A program made the position numbers and the translations under genes. The notes under the pieces were generated by a model. That model saw only the letters and a program-made list of their open reading frames with translations, was not told the origin of the DNA and did no database searches. A stretch of DNA of 63,534 bases, counting the filler, from Octopus bimaculoides (taxonomy: Eukaryota): the NCBI RefSeq assembly GCF_001194135.2. It is 6 parts of 6 records of this genome, joined end to end, with 100 filler letters (N's around TTAATTAATTAA, not from the genome) between each part and the next. Parts side by side here need not be neighbours in the genome. Positions count along the whole stretch, not along the records: positions 1 to 24,623 come from NC_068985.1; 5 more parts are not named here. One strand, 5' to 3'. Of the stretch, positions 1-11,823 are shown in pieces (position 1 is the first letter of the stretch; each line of letters opens with the position of its first letter).

Positions 1-60
<60 letters not shown>

Positions 61-74
61 TGATGGTGATGATG

Positions 75-142
<68 letters not shown>
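1..142. repeat. (AAT)n microsatellite with a short (GAT)n interruption
   Basis: Tandem AAT visible from base 1 to about 142. Confidence 0.98.
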
Positions 143-144
<2 letters not shown>

Positions 145-427
145 AAATATGGACTAAAACGGGGTAGAATAGCAGCGTAATTCCATAATAGCGATACTTA
201 CATTTTTATCAGAATTCTATTAGAATTCCATTAATATATCGGGAATATCATGATAATAGAATTATGTTACATGAAAATTCTATTATATTAGTGGAAAGCC
301 ATGAGATAATGTTATTAACACAAAGGGTTTACTTTAGTAAGTTAGAACGACCTAACTATCGATGTGAAACATATTTCATTTTAAAAAAACAACAACAATC
401 AGTTAAATACTGAAGTCAACAATTAGA

Positions 428-436
428 GAATATATG

Positions 437-468
<32 letters not shown>

Positions 469-523
469 TACATATACATACATACATACATACATATATA
501 TATACATATATATACATATATAC

Positions 524-591
<68 letters not shown>

Positions 592-856
592 ACGTGCATA
601 TATACATATATACACATGGATAAATTGGTAGGTATACACATATACACATTTAAACTATCTATATGATATACATACATATAAATAAATATATATGTAAATA
701 TATGTATATATATGTATACATTTAAGCAGTTATACGAACGTATCAATACTTATACATTTATATATATGAAAATACGACATATGCATATATGTTTATGTTT
801 GTATATATGTGAATGCGGTGGAATATATATATGTATATATATATATATATATATAT
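428..856. repeat. Compound (TA)n/(CA)n/(TACA)n microsatellite running into an assembly gap
   Basis: Directly visible; explains the YIYI/HTHT ORFs. Confidence 0.95.
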
Positions 857-1529
857 NNNNNNNNNNNNNNNNNNNNNNNNNNNNNNNNNNNNNNNNNNNN
901 NNNNNNNNNNNNNNNNNNNNNNNNNNNNNNNNNNNNNNNNNNNNNNNNNNNNNNNNNNNNNNNNNNNNNNNNNNNNNNNNNNNNNNNNNNNNNNNNNNNN
1001 NNNNNNNNNNNNNNNNNNNNNNNNNNNNNNNNNNNNNNNNNNNNNNNNNNNNNNNNNNNNNNNNNNNNNNNNNNNNNNNNNNNNNNNNNNNNNNNNNNNN
1101 NNNNNNNNNNNNNNNNNNNNNNNNNNNNNNNNNNNNNNNNNNNNNNNNNNNNNNNNNNNNNNNNNNNNNNNNNNNNNNNNNNNNNNNNNNNNNNNNNNNN
1201 NNNNNNNNNNNNNNNNNNNNNNNNNNNNNNNNNNNNNNNNNNNNNNNNNNNNNNNNNNNNNNNNNNNNNNNNNNNNNNNNNNNNNNNNNNNNNNNNNNTA
1301 TGTATGTATATACTTACCCAAATATCTACACGCAGGTATATGTATGTAACGTAAGAGAGAAATATAAATTAACAGAATTTTGTGCAATAGCAGAAACAAC
1401 AATAGCAAATATACGTTTATATTACAATAATTTATTCACAACAAAGGAGCATTACTGTAATTAACAGCTTGGCTCAAATGACATTTTGCATTTAATTCTC
1501 ATTCCATATCTATCAATCAGTCAGTCATT

Positions 1530-1709
1530 CAATGAATGAATGAATCAATCAATCAATCCATGTATGTATGTATGTATGTATGTATGTATGTATGTATGTA
1601 TGTATGTATGTATGTACGTATGTATGTATGTATGTATGTATGTATGTATGTATCTATCTATCTATCTGTACACACACGTATATATACATAATACATACAT
1701 ACAAATACA

Positions 1710-1742
<33 letters not shown>
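1530..1742. repeat. (ATGA)n/(ATGT)n/(ATAC)n tetranucleotide microsatellite
   Basis: Directly visible. Confidence 0.95.
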
Positions 1743-1743
<1 letters not shown>

Positions 1744-1789
1744 AGTCTATGTGTGTGTCTGTGTTTGTTCGTATGAGCGACCATAGAAG

Positions 1790-2520
1790 TGTCAGGATCG
1801 TCTCTGGTGGTGTACTAACAGATTGGAGCAGTTAACAGACACGGACGATCCTTAGATATGGACGGACCGTTTCAGCAGTGTCCTGATCCGCTCCATCTAT
1901 CCCCGTCATCACGTTGACAACGAAACAGAAATATGACACTTGTTCCAGTCAAGAATCAACATGTCAGTTGCTGTGGATGAAGTAAAGAAAATCATAGATG
2001 AGATATCTAATGTATATGTCTTCTGTATCAATTATCATTTTAGCCGAGATCTACAATATTAGCAGTCCTCACTTGATATCAAGCCTCATCGAGCACTTTC
2101 ACTCATTGTTGCACCACGAGAACATCGCAGCTGAACTCAGGGTTGCCTCAATAGTCCATATCTAAAAGAAGAAAGGAAATTGTTAATGCTACGATAAGCA
2201 CTGGAGTATAATCTTACTGACTCTCACAGGGAAGATTCTCGTCAGTGTAATTTTGAGCCAGCTAATTGTCGGCTTTGAGCAGAGTCTTCGGCCTGAGGGC
2301 CAATACCCTTTCAGAGAGGTCATGATACAATTGTCATTGTGTTTGTAACCTGCTAACTTCAGGAAGAGTTATGCCATCAGCATCTTAATTTCTATGAGTC
2401 ACTTGACTTTACAAATTGCATTTGACCAAGTACGGATATCCTGAAGAGTTCATTATCCCGATACGTCATTGACTGAGGACATTTGTCAAGTTACGTCGAT
2501 GACAGTGTTCGAAGTCATAA
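1790..2520 (+). mobile_element. Decayed RTE-clade LINE ORF2 fragment (linker and start of reverse transcriptase)
   Basis: Manual translation gives ELRVASIVHI*KKKGNC...HWSIILLTLTGKILVSVILSQL...PEGQYPFQRGHDTIVIVFVTC*LQEE, matching the RTE pattern DATIVHIYKxKG...RGISLLSIAGKILARIILNRL...PESQCGFRxGRGTxDMIFxxRQLQEK; many stops and frameshifts. Confidence 0.72.
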
Positions 2521-2573
2521 TATTTGTGAACTTTTCAACATGTTTTCAACGACGGCTCCTTTAATATTTACAT

Positions 2574-2797
2574 ATAGGAAGGCGGCGAGGTGACAGAATC
2601 GTTAGCACACCGGGAAAAATGTTTAGCGGTATTTCGCCCGTCTTTACGTTCTGAGTTCAAATTTCGCCCCGGTCGACTTTACCCTTCATTGTTTCGAGGT
2701 TGATAAAATAAGTACCAGTTGGGTATTGAAGTCGATGTAATAAACTTATCCCTTCCCCTGAAGTTGCTGGCCTTGTGCCAAAATTTGAAACCAATAT
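2574..2797 (+). mobile_element. tRNA-derived SINE, family A (AAGGCGGCGAGCTGGCAGAA head)
   Basis: Head ggcggcgaggtgacagaatcg, B-box-like gagttcaaatt, body shared with copies at 17.8, 48.2 and 62.9-63.4 kb. Confidence 0.88.
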
Positions 2798-3850
2798 TTA
2801 CAGATATAGATTTTACTTGAGGCGAGTCTTGGTGATCTAACAATTACCTTGTCGATTGTAGATAGTACAGAAACCTCATTTTGGGGTTTAAATGTTTGTT
2901 CTTCGAGACCAGTTTTGCTACTCTTCCAAATGTTGAATGGGCTGTTCAATTCCGTGTTTCCACATCCTTTTCCGAAGTACATTTCTTAGAAAGAATAATT
3001 CCAAGAGAAGGAAAGTGGTCAACTTGTTCAAGAGACATATCAGAGAGAGTGATGTTGAAATCAGAGAAGTTGGTTTTCAGAGTTGGTTGGCCGAGGTCTT
3101 TAATCTTAATATTCACTACAAATTTGAAGCGACCATTTGCATTGATATAGCTATTGAGCGACATCTGGAGATGCTAAGATAAGTGATAGAAAGGAACGCT
3201 GTCATCAGTGTATGACTGAAAATAGCATTGCCATCTGTTTATTGAAGCTTTAAGATGTGTTGGATGTTAGTAAGTCGATGAAATAGAAATCTAGTTGTAT
3301 TTAATAGTTTTCTGCCAAAACAGTATTTGATGCCTAGGCTCAGATTGCCTGGACAAAATTTTAAAAGTATTGCAAATAAGTATAAGGCAGAAGAGCGTAG
3401 GTACAAGAACGTATCCCTGTTTTAGTCTACATGTAATTGAGAACTGTATGTGTGTGAAAAGTTATGTATTCGTAGTTATCTACTGGTCTGGAAATAAGGC
3501 CGATATTGCATAAACCCTTAAATGCTGTAGGGAATTTATCATAAGTGGAAGCAATGACCTTCTGAGAGGGACTCCAGTCGTCGTCGACGACCAGCTGGCT
3601 TAATTGTTCTGGAAAATTTTAAACCCAGGCACTATGGACCTCTTAAAGAATGGCCCACTATCTCTTTTTGACAAAAAGAGGGAGGTAATTCTTCTTCTGA
3701 TGTGTTTGAAAGATTGAGTATTCAGATCTGCCTCCAAAGCCAACCTTCATCAAAGTTTTCCAGTAATACATGAAATGGAAGATGCATGAGTGGAGAGAGT
3801 GGTCTTGTCCGTAAATCTGTCTAATGAAACGTGGGTACAAGGGGTAAAAC
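2790..3850 (-). mobile_element. Decayed RTE-like LINE reverse transcriptase fragment
   Basis: Minus strand has QSYTDDSV (YADD-like) near 3196-3220 and SLEQVDHFPSLGIILSKKCTSEKDVETR (EQVxxFxYLGS motif) in ORF 2946-3164; heavily degenerate. Confidence 0.68.
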
Positions 3851-4094
3851 TGGGGCGTGGAAGATGGCCGAATTTCGAAATCTTGTAGTACTATCGACTG
3901 AGGTGCAAGAATGCCAGCGGCAGAAGATGATCAGAAGCGTGAGGTGCCTCGATATTTCTAAATAAAGGCACCACCACTTTTGTGGGTGGAAATGGTGCCA
4001 CTCCTGCGTCCCCTTTTCTCCATCTTTTTACATAATTCCCACTCTCAGCAAATTGTAAATTCTCTTTGTAGTATGCCCTTCAAATAGAAGAAAT

Positions 4095-4257
4095 CATCAG
4101 CAGCAGTAGCTTCGTCGTCGTTACAATCCTCCTCCTCTTCCTCCTCCTCCTCCTCCTCCTCCTCCTCCTCCTCGTCATCATCATCGTCATCTGTAGGGGT
4201 AGTTGTCTATGGTGGTAGTATTAATAGTAGTATTAGATGGTAGCGACAATGGTGGTG

Positions 4258-4303
<46 letters not shown>

Positions 4304-5480
4304 CAGTAGCAGTAGCAGTAGCAGCAGCAGCGGCAGCAGTAACAACAGCAGGAACCACAACAGCAGCAGCAGCAGCAGCAGTAGTAGTAATGCTAATAAC
4401 TCTTGAAATAGTGGTATTCATAATGGAAACCAAAGTGAACGTGAGAACGGCTGAGAAATTATCAAAAGTAACGTGTAAACCACGTGACAGTATTAGTGTT
4501 GATAATGTTTCTGTCGCTGTCAACAACAACCACCACCACCAACAACACCACCAGCACCACCATCATTATAGTAACTACTACTACAACCAAGACTATATCA
4601 ATCTCAACCATTACTACCACTACTATCATCACTTTTACAATCACTGCAACCACCACAATGTTAATCATTACAACTACTACTACCATTATTAATTCATTAA
4701 CCACCACCATCACCACCACTAAGACCACCAAGACCACCACCACCACCACCACAGTATCGCTACACCACTGTTACTATTACCATCATATCGTTAATATCAG
4801 AATTATCACCATCATTATTACCGTCGCCACCAACACCAGCAACGGCACCACCACCACCACTACTACCGCAGTCGGTACCACAATTGCGACCAGTGTATTA
4901 ACCACAACTATCACCTCAACAACCACCATTACCAACATCTCCACTCCTACCGCCACTCCAGTATCAGCCATTATTACTCCCTAACGCGCTATGTTGAACA
5001 CCACCGTTTCCACCACCACCACCACCACCGCCGCCGCCGCCATCACTATCACCATCATAAATAATGATGGTAGCTGAAGTGGTGGTGGTGGTAGTGGTGG
5101 CAGTTGTGGTGGTGGTGGTGGTGGTGGTGATGGTGGTAATGTGGTGGTTGTGTTGATTGCAGTACTTGTTTACGTAATGGTGGCGATGGTGGTGGTGATA
5201 GTGGTGGTGATAGTGGTGGTGGCGGTGGTGGTTGGGGTTGTGTTGATTTGTAATACTTGATAACGTAGTAGTGGTGGTAGTAGGGATAGCGTTGACCATG
5301 GTGGTGATGATGTGATGGAGACCGTAGTGGTAACTGTGATAGCTTTAGTGGTTAGTGGTGGCGATGTGATGGCGGTGATGGTGGAGTTAACGTTGTTGAT
5401 GGTGATGTGGTCGTGGTAGTGGCGGTGCTGGTAGTAGTTGCAGTGGTAGTTGTGAAAGTAGTTATAATGGTGGAAGTGGT
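4095..5480. repeat. Cryptic trinucleotide mosaic (TCC, GTA, GCA, CAC/ACC, then GGT/GTG)
   Basis: Low-complexity triplets; source of the poly-S/T/V/H ORFs. Confidence 0.93.
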
Positions 5481-5654
5481 GAAAGTATTGTACCTATAAC
5501 CTTTGAACAGATGCGTACGGGAAAACATGGTGGTTAATACTTCAGTAATGTTAATTACATAAACATCATGTGTGTATGCGTACGTGTGTCTGTATGAATA
5601 TGTGTGTGTCCGCGCACGTATATATATGTGCGTGTGTATGTATATAAATAAATA

Positions 5655-6052
5655 TATAAACATACGTGCAGGCGTGGGTGCGTGGTAAGAAGCTTGCTTC
5701 CCAGCCACATGGTTCTGGTTCGGTCTCACTGCGTGGCACCTTGGGCAAGTGTCTTCTGCTATAGTCTCGGGCCGACCAAAGTCTTGTGAGTGGATTTGGT
5801 AGACGAAAGCTGAAAGAAGCCCGTCGCGTGTGTGCGTGTGTGTATATATGCATATCTGTGTTAGTCCCCCACCATCACTTGACAACCGATGGTGATGTGC
5901 TTACGCCCCCGTAACTTACCGGTTCGGCAAAAGAGACCGATAGAATAAGTACTAAGCTTACAAAGAATAATTCCTGGGGTCGATTTGTTCGACTAAAGGC
6001 GGTGCTCCAGTATGGCTGCAGTCAAATGATTGAAACAAGTAAATGAATAAAA
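5655..6052 (+). mobile_element. tRNA-derived SINE, family B, near full length
   Basis: Head gcaggcgtgggtgcgtggtaag...ggttcggtctcactg, body gcaccttgggcaagtgtcttct, internal TG repeat, tail ggtgctccagtatggctgcagtc...gaaacaagtaaatga; related copies at 38.6, 39.1, 41.3, 47.8 and 60.9 kb. Confidence 0.9.
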
Positions 6053-6120
6053 AACTAAAAGAAAAGTCACACACTCGCACACTAACACACACCAACACAC
6101 ACTCATATACTTAATATTAA

Positions 6121-6830
6121 ACGAAACAGCGTTGAATAAAAAAATTTTGGTGAAAAGTCATATCTAACACATTCGAGAATATTCGGACGTGATAAGGCCT
6201 TTCGTTGTGGAAATTATCCACCAAGACATGCATGAAAACACATTGTGTGTGTGTGTGTGTGTTGTGAATGACATCATTGGATCGTAGGATGCATGCGTTT
6301 CTGCGTCGTTCCACATCTCCCCCAACGAAAACCAAATCTATCATCCACATTCCGAATAAGAATGAAATTATTCTTATTAAAACAACATGTGAAATGTAAT
6401 GCTTGTTGATGTGAGTAAAGCGTCGTCAAGCTACAATTTAATAAATAACGTCGCACGAAGCAGCGTTGAATAAAAAAAAACGGTACAAAGTCGTATTTGA
6501 CGTTGTAATGTATTCGGACTTGTGAAGACATTTCGCTGCGCGATAGTCTTGGCAGGGGATTCTTTCCCCCAGACATGTGTGAAAACACATTTATTGAGGC
6601 TGGAGATGTGAATAACACCTTTGAAGCGTAAGACGCGTGCGTTTCTGCGTCTTGATTTTCGTAGCTGACGGAGTGGGACGACCCAAAAACACATGTGACC
6701 TACGATTATGTTATTCACACACCCACTCCCAAGAAATGCATTTTCACACATGCCTTGGTGGAGAATTTTCTCCCGGAACTATAGCAGCAGCGAAAGGTCT
6801 TAACACGTCCGAATTCATTCGAACGTGTTA
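6121..6830. repeat. Three diverged copies of a ~200-bp unit: two direct (starts near 6121 and 6454) and one inverted (about 6665-6830)
   Basis: Shared blocks cagcgttgaataaaaaaa, attcggac.tg..aag.c.tttcg.tg, catg..tgaaaa..catt and gcgtttctgcgtc; the third copy is the reverse complement. Confidence 0.8.
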
Positions 6831-7546
6831 TACATACATGCACACACGTAAATAGACAAATACATACATACATACATACATGCATGCATGCATGCATACA
6901 TACATATGTTACGAAGGGTATGCGGTCACCAGTTTTTACTAATGTATCATATGTATCATTGTACAATGTTATGTTAAGTGTTCGATAAGCATAAATGATT
7001 AAGAGAGGCAGTTCTTAGAATAAACATTGAGACTTCATTCCTCTGTAAAATTTGCACAATAGTTCGCACACAATGAAACATTAGCAATTTCTGTTGGGCT
7101 GTCGATCTCCATCATCCCAGTAATTAAGTTTAGACCATCACTGGTTATATGACTCCGTAGTGTGTCAATTCTCCTCTGGGAAGGCTGGATCCTGCAACTC
7201 GTCTCAGTGACAGCTATGACCCCTCTCACTCGTAAAATGTCTGTCGAGCCAATTTATGGAGAAAAGGGGGCTCCAAAGTACATACAGAATTTGTCGCTTA
7301 AAATATGTCACGCGGAGCGTGATTGGGCTTCAGTCCAATTCCCGCGCAACACTTAACTAATTTCGACACAGGACTCATTAACTGACCAAAAGCTCATGTG
7401 ATAGATATTTTAGCCACTCGCAGCAGATTAGTGTGGTGAGCTAATAATTAAATGATCGCTACATTTATAAGTAAAACTTAATGCTCTTTTTATGCAACAA
7501 TACAACTTGGTCTCGTTATACATACATGCATTCATTTATATATTTA

Positions 7547-7701
7547 TGAGGGGCAGACCCAAGGTGGAGCATGAAGGGCACTTGACCCTCTCAAGAAAAA
7601 AGTGCGCCCTTCTAAATAATGTTATTACGCCCTTTTCTCCTGCAATTGTATTACCTTCTGACCTTGTGCCCTCCATACGAAAAATTCCTGGGACCGACCC
7701 T
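7547..7701. mobile_element. Possible old MITE with degenerate GC-rich terminal inverted repeats
   Basis: 5' aggggcagacccaagg versus 3' cctgggaccgaccct; imperfect match. Confidence 0.35.
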
Positions 7702-7709
7702 TTATATAT

Positions 7710-7820
<111 letters not shown>

Positions 7821-8080
7821 TAATATTAATTTACACACTGCTTATCTATAGCATTAGTATTGGTGTATAATATATTGTAATATATTGCAATTATACTCAT
7901 ATACCTACTTTAGCAAATTTCTTTTATCTAACACCCTAGAACAATATATTGTTCTATTCTTACTTTTATTATAACTCCAATAAATATAGTACCTTCCTCC
8001 CCTTTATAAGGTTTATACCATGTTCTTTATATATAAAATTTATCAGTTAACAGTTTGGAACACCTAATTGTATATCTTTA

Positions 8081-8168
8081 GCCAACTCTGATGAGATTCG
8101 ACTTTTAAATGGCTTTAATTATGTTAATTAATTTATAAATGTCTAGAATTAAAACAGCTGTCAGAGAT
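8081..8168 (+). ncRNA. Inactivated hammerhead-ribozyme relic (Penelope pLTR type)
   Basis: CUGAUGA at 8088-8094, long helix II, then AAAAC-AGCU-GUC where GAAAC is expected. Confidence 0.45.
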
Positions 8169-8232
8169 GATGTCTAATTTTTTAATTATTAAAACATTAT
8201 TAATTATCTCTCTATTTTTTTCTTTTCTTAAT

Positions 8233-8274
<42 letters not shown>

Positions 8275-8335
8275 CGTCAATAAATCATAAATCCGAAAGA
8301 GAAGTACACTCAAAGTTATAGAGCAGTAGAGTACG

Positions 8336-8411
8336 TAGATAAAGATAGTTATGACCGGTCTATGGAGTTACTCTAAGTAACCCCATAGATCGGCATAACT
8401 ATCTTTATCTA
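8336..8411. repeat. 76-bp near-perfect hairpin
   Basis: tagataaagatagttatg...gttac tctaa gtaac...cataactatctttatcta; arms of about 35 bp. Confidence 0.93.
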
Positions 8412-8455
8412 ATATATATGTACATGCCCATTGACCGGCATAACTCTCTTTATCA

Positions 8456-9075
8456 AATATCGAAGGAAAAACAAAATGGAGAAAAAATGGTTGTATGAAT
8501 AATTTATTTGTATGTTAATAAAATGATGAAAATTCCTTTTAAAAAACATAGCAATACAAATAAATTGATTACAAGCTGTAAAGCTCAAAAAATAAAGGAA
8601 CCTACATATGTTTCAGTCCTATCATCTAGCTGATCAGAAGTTCTAAGCATTTGGTTAAATGCTAAGAAAGGTATCATATTCTAACTATATGGTGGTTGGA
8701 CTTCTTCGGTGTTAATTTTGAGCTAATGGAACTTCGGCTATCATTTTTCTTTTGAAGGATGCATACAGAGTAAAGAAAAATGATAACTTAAGTTCCATTA
8801 GCTCAAAATTAACCCCGAAGAAATCCCACCACCATATAGTTAGAATATGATACCATTCTTAGCATTTAACCAAATGCTTAGAACTTACGATCAGCTAGGT
8901 GATAGGACTGAAACATATATGTAGGTTCCTTTATTTTATTTTTTGAGCTTTACACCTTGTAATCAATTTAATTGTACTGTTATGTTTTATAAAAGAAATT
9001 TTCATAATTTTATGACATACAAATAAATTATTCATATATCCCATTTTTTCTCCATTTTCTTTTTCCTTCAATATT
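8456..9075. mobile_element. 620-bp foldback/MITE-like palindrome (arms ~300 bp, spacer ~18 bp)
   Basis: 8456-8752 is the reverse complement of 8771-9075 with scattered mismatches, e.g. gttctaagcatttggttaaatgctaagaa versus ttcttagcatttaaccaaatgcttagaac. Confidence 0.93.
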
Positions 9076-9209
9076 GTAATACATAATTTCAATAATCCTT
9101 AACATATACCAGTGGTTTTCGCATTGTATGATAGAGATTAACTAGTGGGATACCTTGGATTATATAATCCCTAATGAGGATATAACTTCCTCGAATTAAC
9201 TATATATAT

Positions 9210-9307
<98 letters not shown>

Positions 9308-9928
9308 GCATATTGGTTAGCAACCAATGCCCGAGAAATAGTAACTAAATTTCCGTCAAATAACATCCCTACCGCCTTGAAAAAAGAAAGACACACTGGA
9401 CAGTTTAGTCCCTGGTATACGAAAGGAAAAATATAGAAAAAAAGGGGATGGTCCACCTGGAACGGTCCTGATACGGTGTTGATATGTGGTTAAACAGTTA
9501 AGATATATGATAGGAAGAACACAAATAACAACTATAATACAAAAACGATCACAAAAATGGTGAGGATGGCGGCGGAAACAGCTGCTACAACGACCACAAG
9601 GCGAGAGCAGCAATAAGAAGAACTACAAAAATGCTAACACTAATAAGAACAATAATATATGTTGGAGTTGCTAATATTTCTCTTTGAAATTATTTTCCAT
9701 ACTCACAATCGAGTATAGTCTTAGAACTGCAGCACGGATGCACCAAGGTGAGGTGACCACGTGGCTGCGATTGGAAACAGACACACCCTCGATACTACTA
9801 CTTGGCTACTCTGACAGAGCAGCCAGAAGGTAACCTCTTCTTCGGCCAGCAAATGACCAAAGAAGCAAAATGAATTAAAGCTTTAAAAAAAGATGGAGTT
9901 TATTTACTTTAGAGATGTCTGTGTACAT

Positions 9929-10016
<88 letters not shown>

Positions 10017-10324
10017 CCACATACATACAAGTGTAATACATGTGTAATTAATGTATATAACGTCTGTTATATAACCAACGTTCATCTGATATTCGGCTGC
10101 ATACAATCACAATACATTGAATTTAGTTGGAAACACTTGAATGATTCATAATTCATAGTGATAAATGATTCATAATTCATGGTGATAGATGGTTAAATTT
10201 AGAGTCACGTTAATTAGTGTTACATCAGCAATATTTAAGTGTAATTTTTTAAAAAAATGTACAATTAAAAAAGTATAGTTAGAAAAAAAGCAGTTTGAGA
10301 AAATTTATATTCTCATGTAACGTA

Positions 10325-10575
10325 ATCCATTGTCCAGTTTAACATCACCATCAACACCATCCCTCCACTACCACCACCGCCGTCAGTAGCGCCAGTGTTC
10401 ACCGCCACCGCCTCCACTCCTCCATCCTATCTCCGCCGCTGCTGCTATCACGACTATCACTACCATCACCACCCTTACCATCACCACCGCCACTGCCGCC
10501 ACATCCACCAAAGTCGCCATTGCCCTCCTCTGTCATTGCCCTTGCTTCCACCACCACCACCACCACCAATACGGT
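10325..10575. repeat. (CAC/CCA)n cryptic trinucleotide tract
   Basis: Directly visible. Confidence 0.9.
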
Positions 10576-11746
10576 CTTGAGTGTGTTTAGTAGAAATCAC
10601 TTTCCCTCAAGCGTTCGAAGTAGGTGTCTGATCCGAAGTTTACTCCCTTGCTCCCACCAAAGAAACCCTGAAAGTGATTGAGGATACTACCCTTTCTTGT
10701 ATGATTAAAGCATTTAAAAATTAAGAAAAAGCCTTCAAACGATGAGTATCTTATCTTTTATTTAGACATATTGCAGCTAGGAGAACATTGTTTAGCATGC
10801 GCTGTTTTAGTGATAATCTTTGTTATTTAACTCCAGGTCAGTACTGATCCAACGGTATGCAGCCACTGGACATGTGTCTTCAGTTATAGCCTCATGTTGA
10901 CCAATACCTTCCTAGCAGAATCTGACAGGTGGACATTAGGCAGAAGTTGCGATCTCTAAGCAGGCTGAATGTCTGTCTCTTTACAAATATAACTTTTAAA
11001 AGTTTTCAGAATATGACAAATCTGTAAATGTTGGAATAATGTGGTTGTTACAATATACAAACTAAAGAGAACCGTTTAAATACAACATCACCGTTTCAGA
11101 TGTTTCGTTAATATATACCTAGGGATAGGGGAAGGGGAGATTAGTAAGTATCCGTCATTTTCGACAGCGTCGCTCAAGAAGTACATATAGTTGGTCGCAG
11201 TTTACCTCTTCAAAAGTGGGTGGTTGACAGTCAAGATAAGATTATGATAATCCTAACCAGAAATAATTTAAGCCACTTTGGACGGGTCTCTACTTATCGC
11301 TTAGACGTTATGAATGAAGGGGTACATTATTTAATTTGAGCTGTTTTATTGTTAATCTCTGTTATTTTGTTTAAATCAGTACTGATCCAACAATCATAAG
11401 TTTTAAAGTTTTACATGTAAGGACGCTATAAATCAACTTTCTAGGGTTGCACAGCTTCTAACAACCCCTGTTAAAAGAATGGTATGGCCAATACGTCTGA
11501 GAGAGGCAACCAAGTACCTGGGTTGCTGAGAGAGTCATCAACACTAAAAAATCTCCTTGGGGCTCTACTATATTTCTAGGTTCAATGGATGGCTGTCGAG
11601 TTCTTGCTGTGTTCATCTACGCTTGTAGAAAAGTACTGTTTGCTTTTTTTTAAACATTTTTTAAAACATCATAGGGTATTCAACAACCGCCCACCGACCA
11701 TACAAGTTGCACTGTTTTACATGTGAAAATAAAACATTCACACGGA

Positions 11747-11823
11747 GAGTTTAAACTAACCCACATGCAAAATTAAATTAATGCAAAATTAAATTAATTT
11801 TGCATGTGGATTAGTTTAAACTC
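11747..11823. repeat. 77-bp inverted repeat with an internal 16-bp direct duplication in the Gypsy leader
   Basis: gagtttaaactaacccacatgcaaaattaa ... ttaattttgcatgtggattagtttaaactc; atgcaaaattaaatta occurs twice in tandem. Confidence 0.9.

Noticed and set aside
403-1464. ORFs of [12 protein letters not shown] and poly-X, here and at 18.5-20.7, 22.3, 34.8-37.5 and 52.4-53.1 kb
   Set aside because: Translations of dinucleotide microsatellites and N gaps.
4203-5299. Mucin-like Thr/His/Ser-rich ORFs
   Set aside because: Derived from cryptic trinucleotide repeats, with overlapping ORFs in several frames and no splice or start context.
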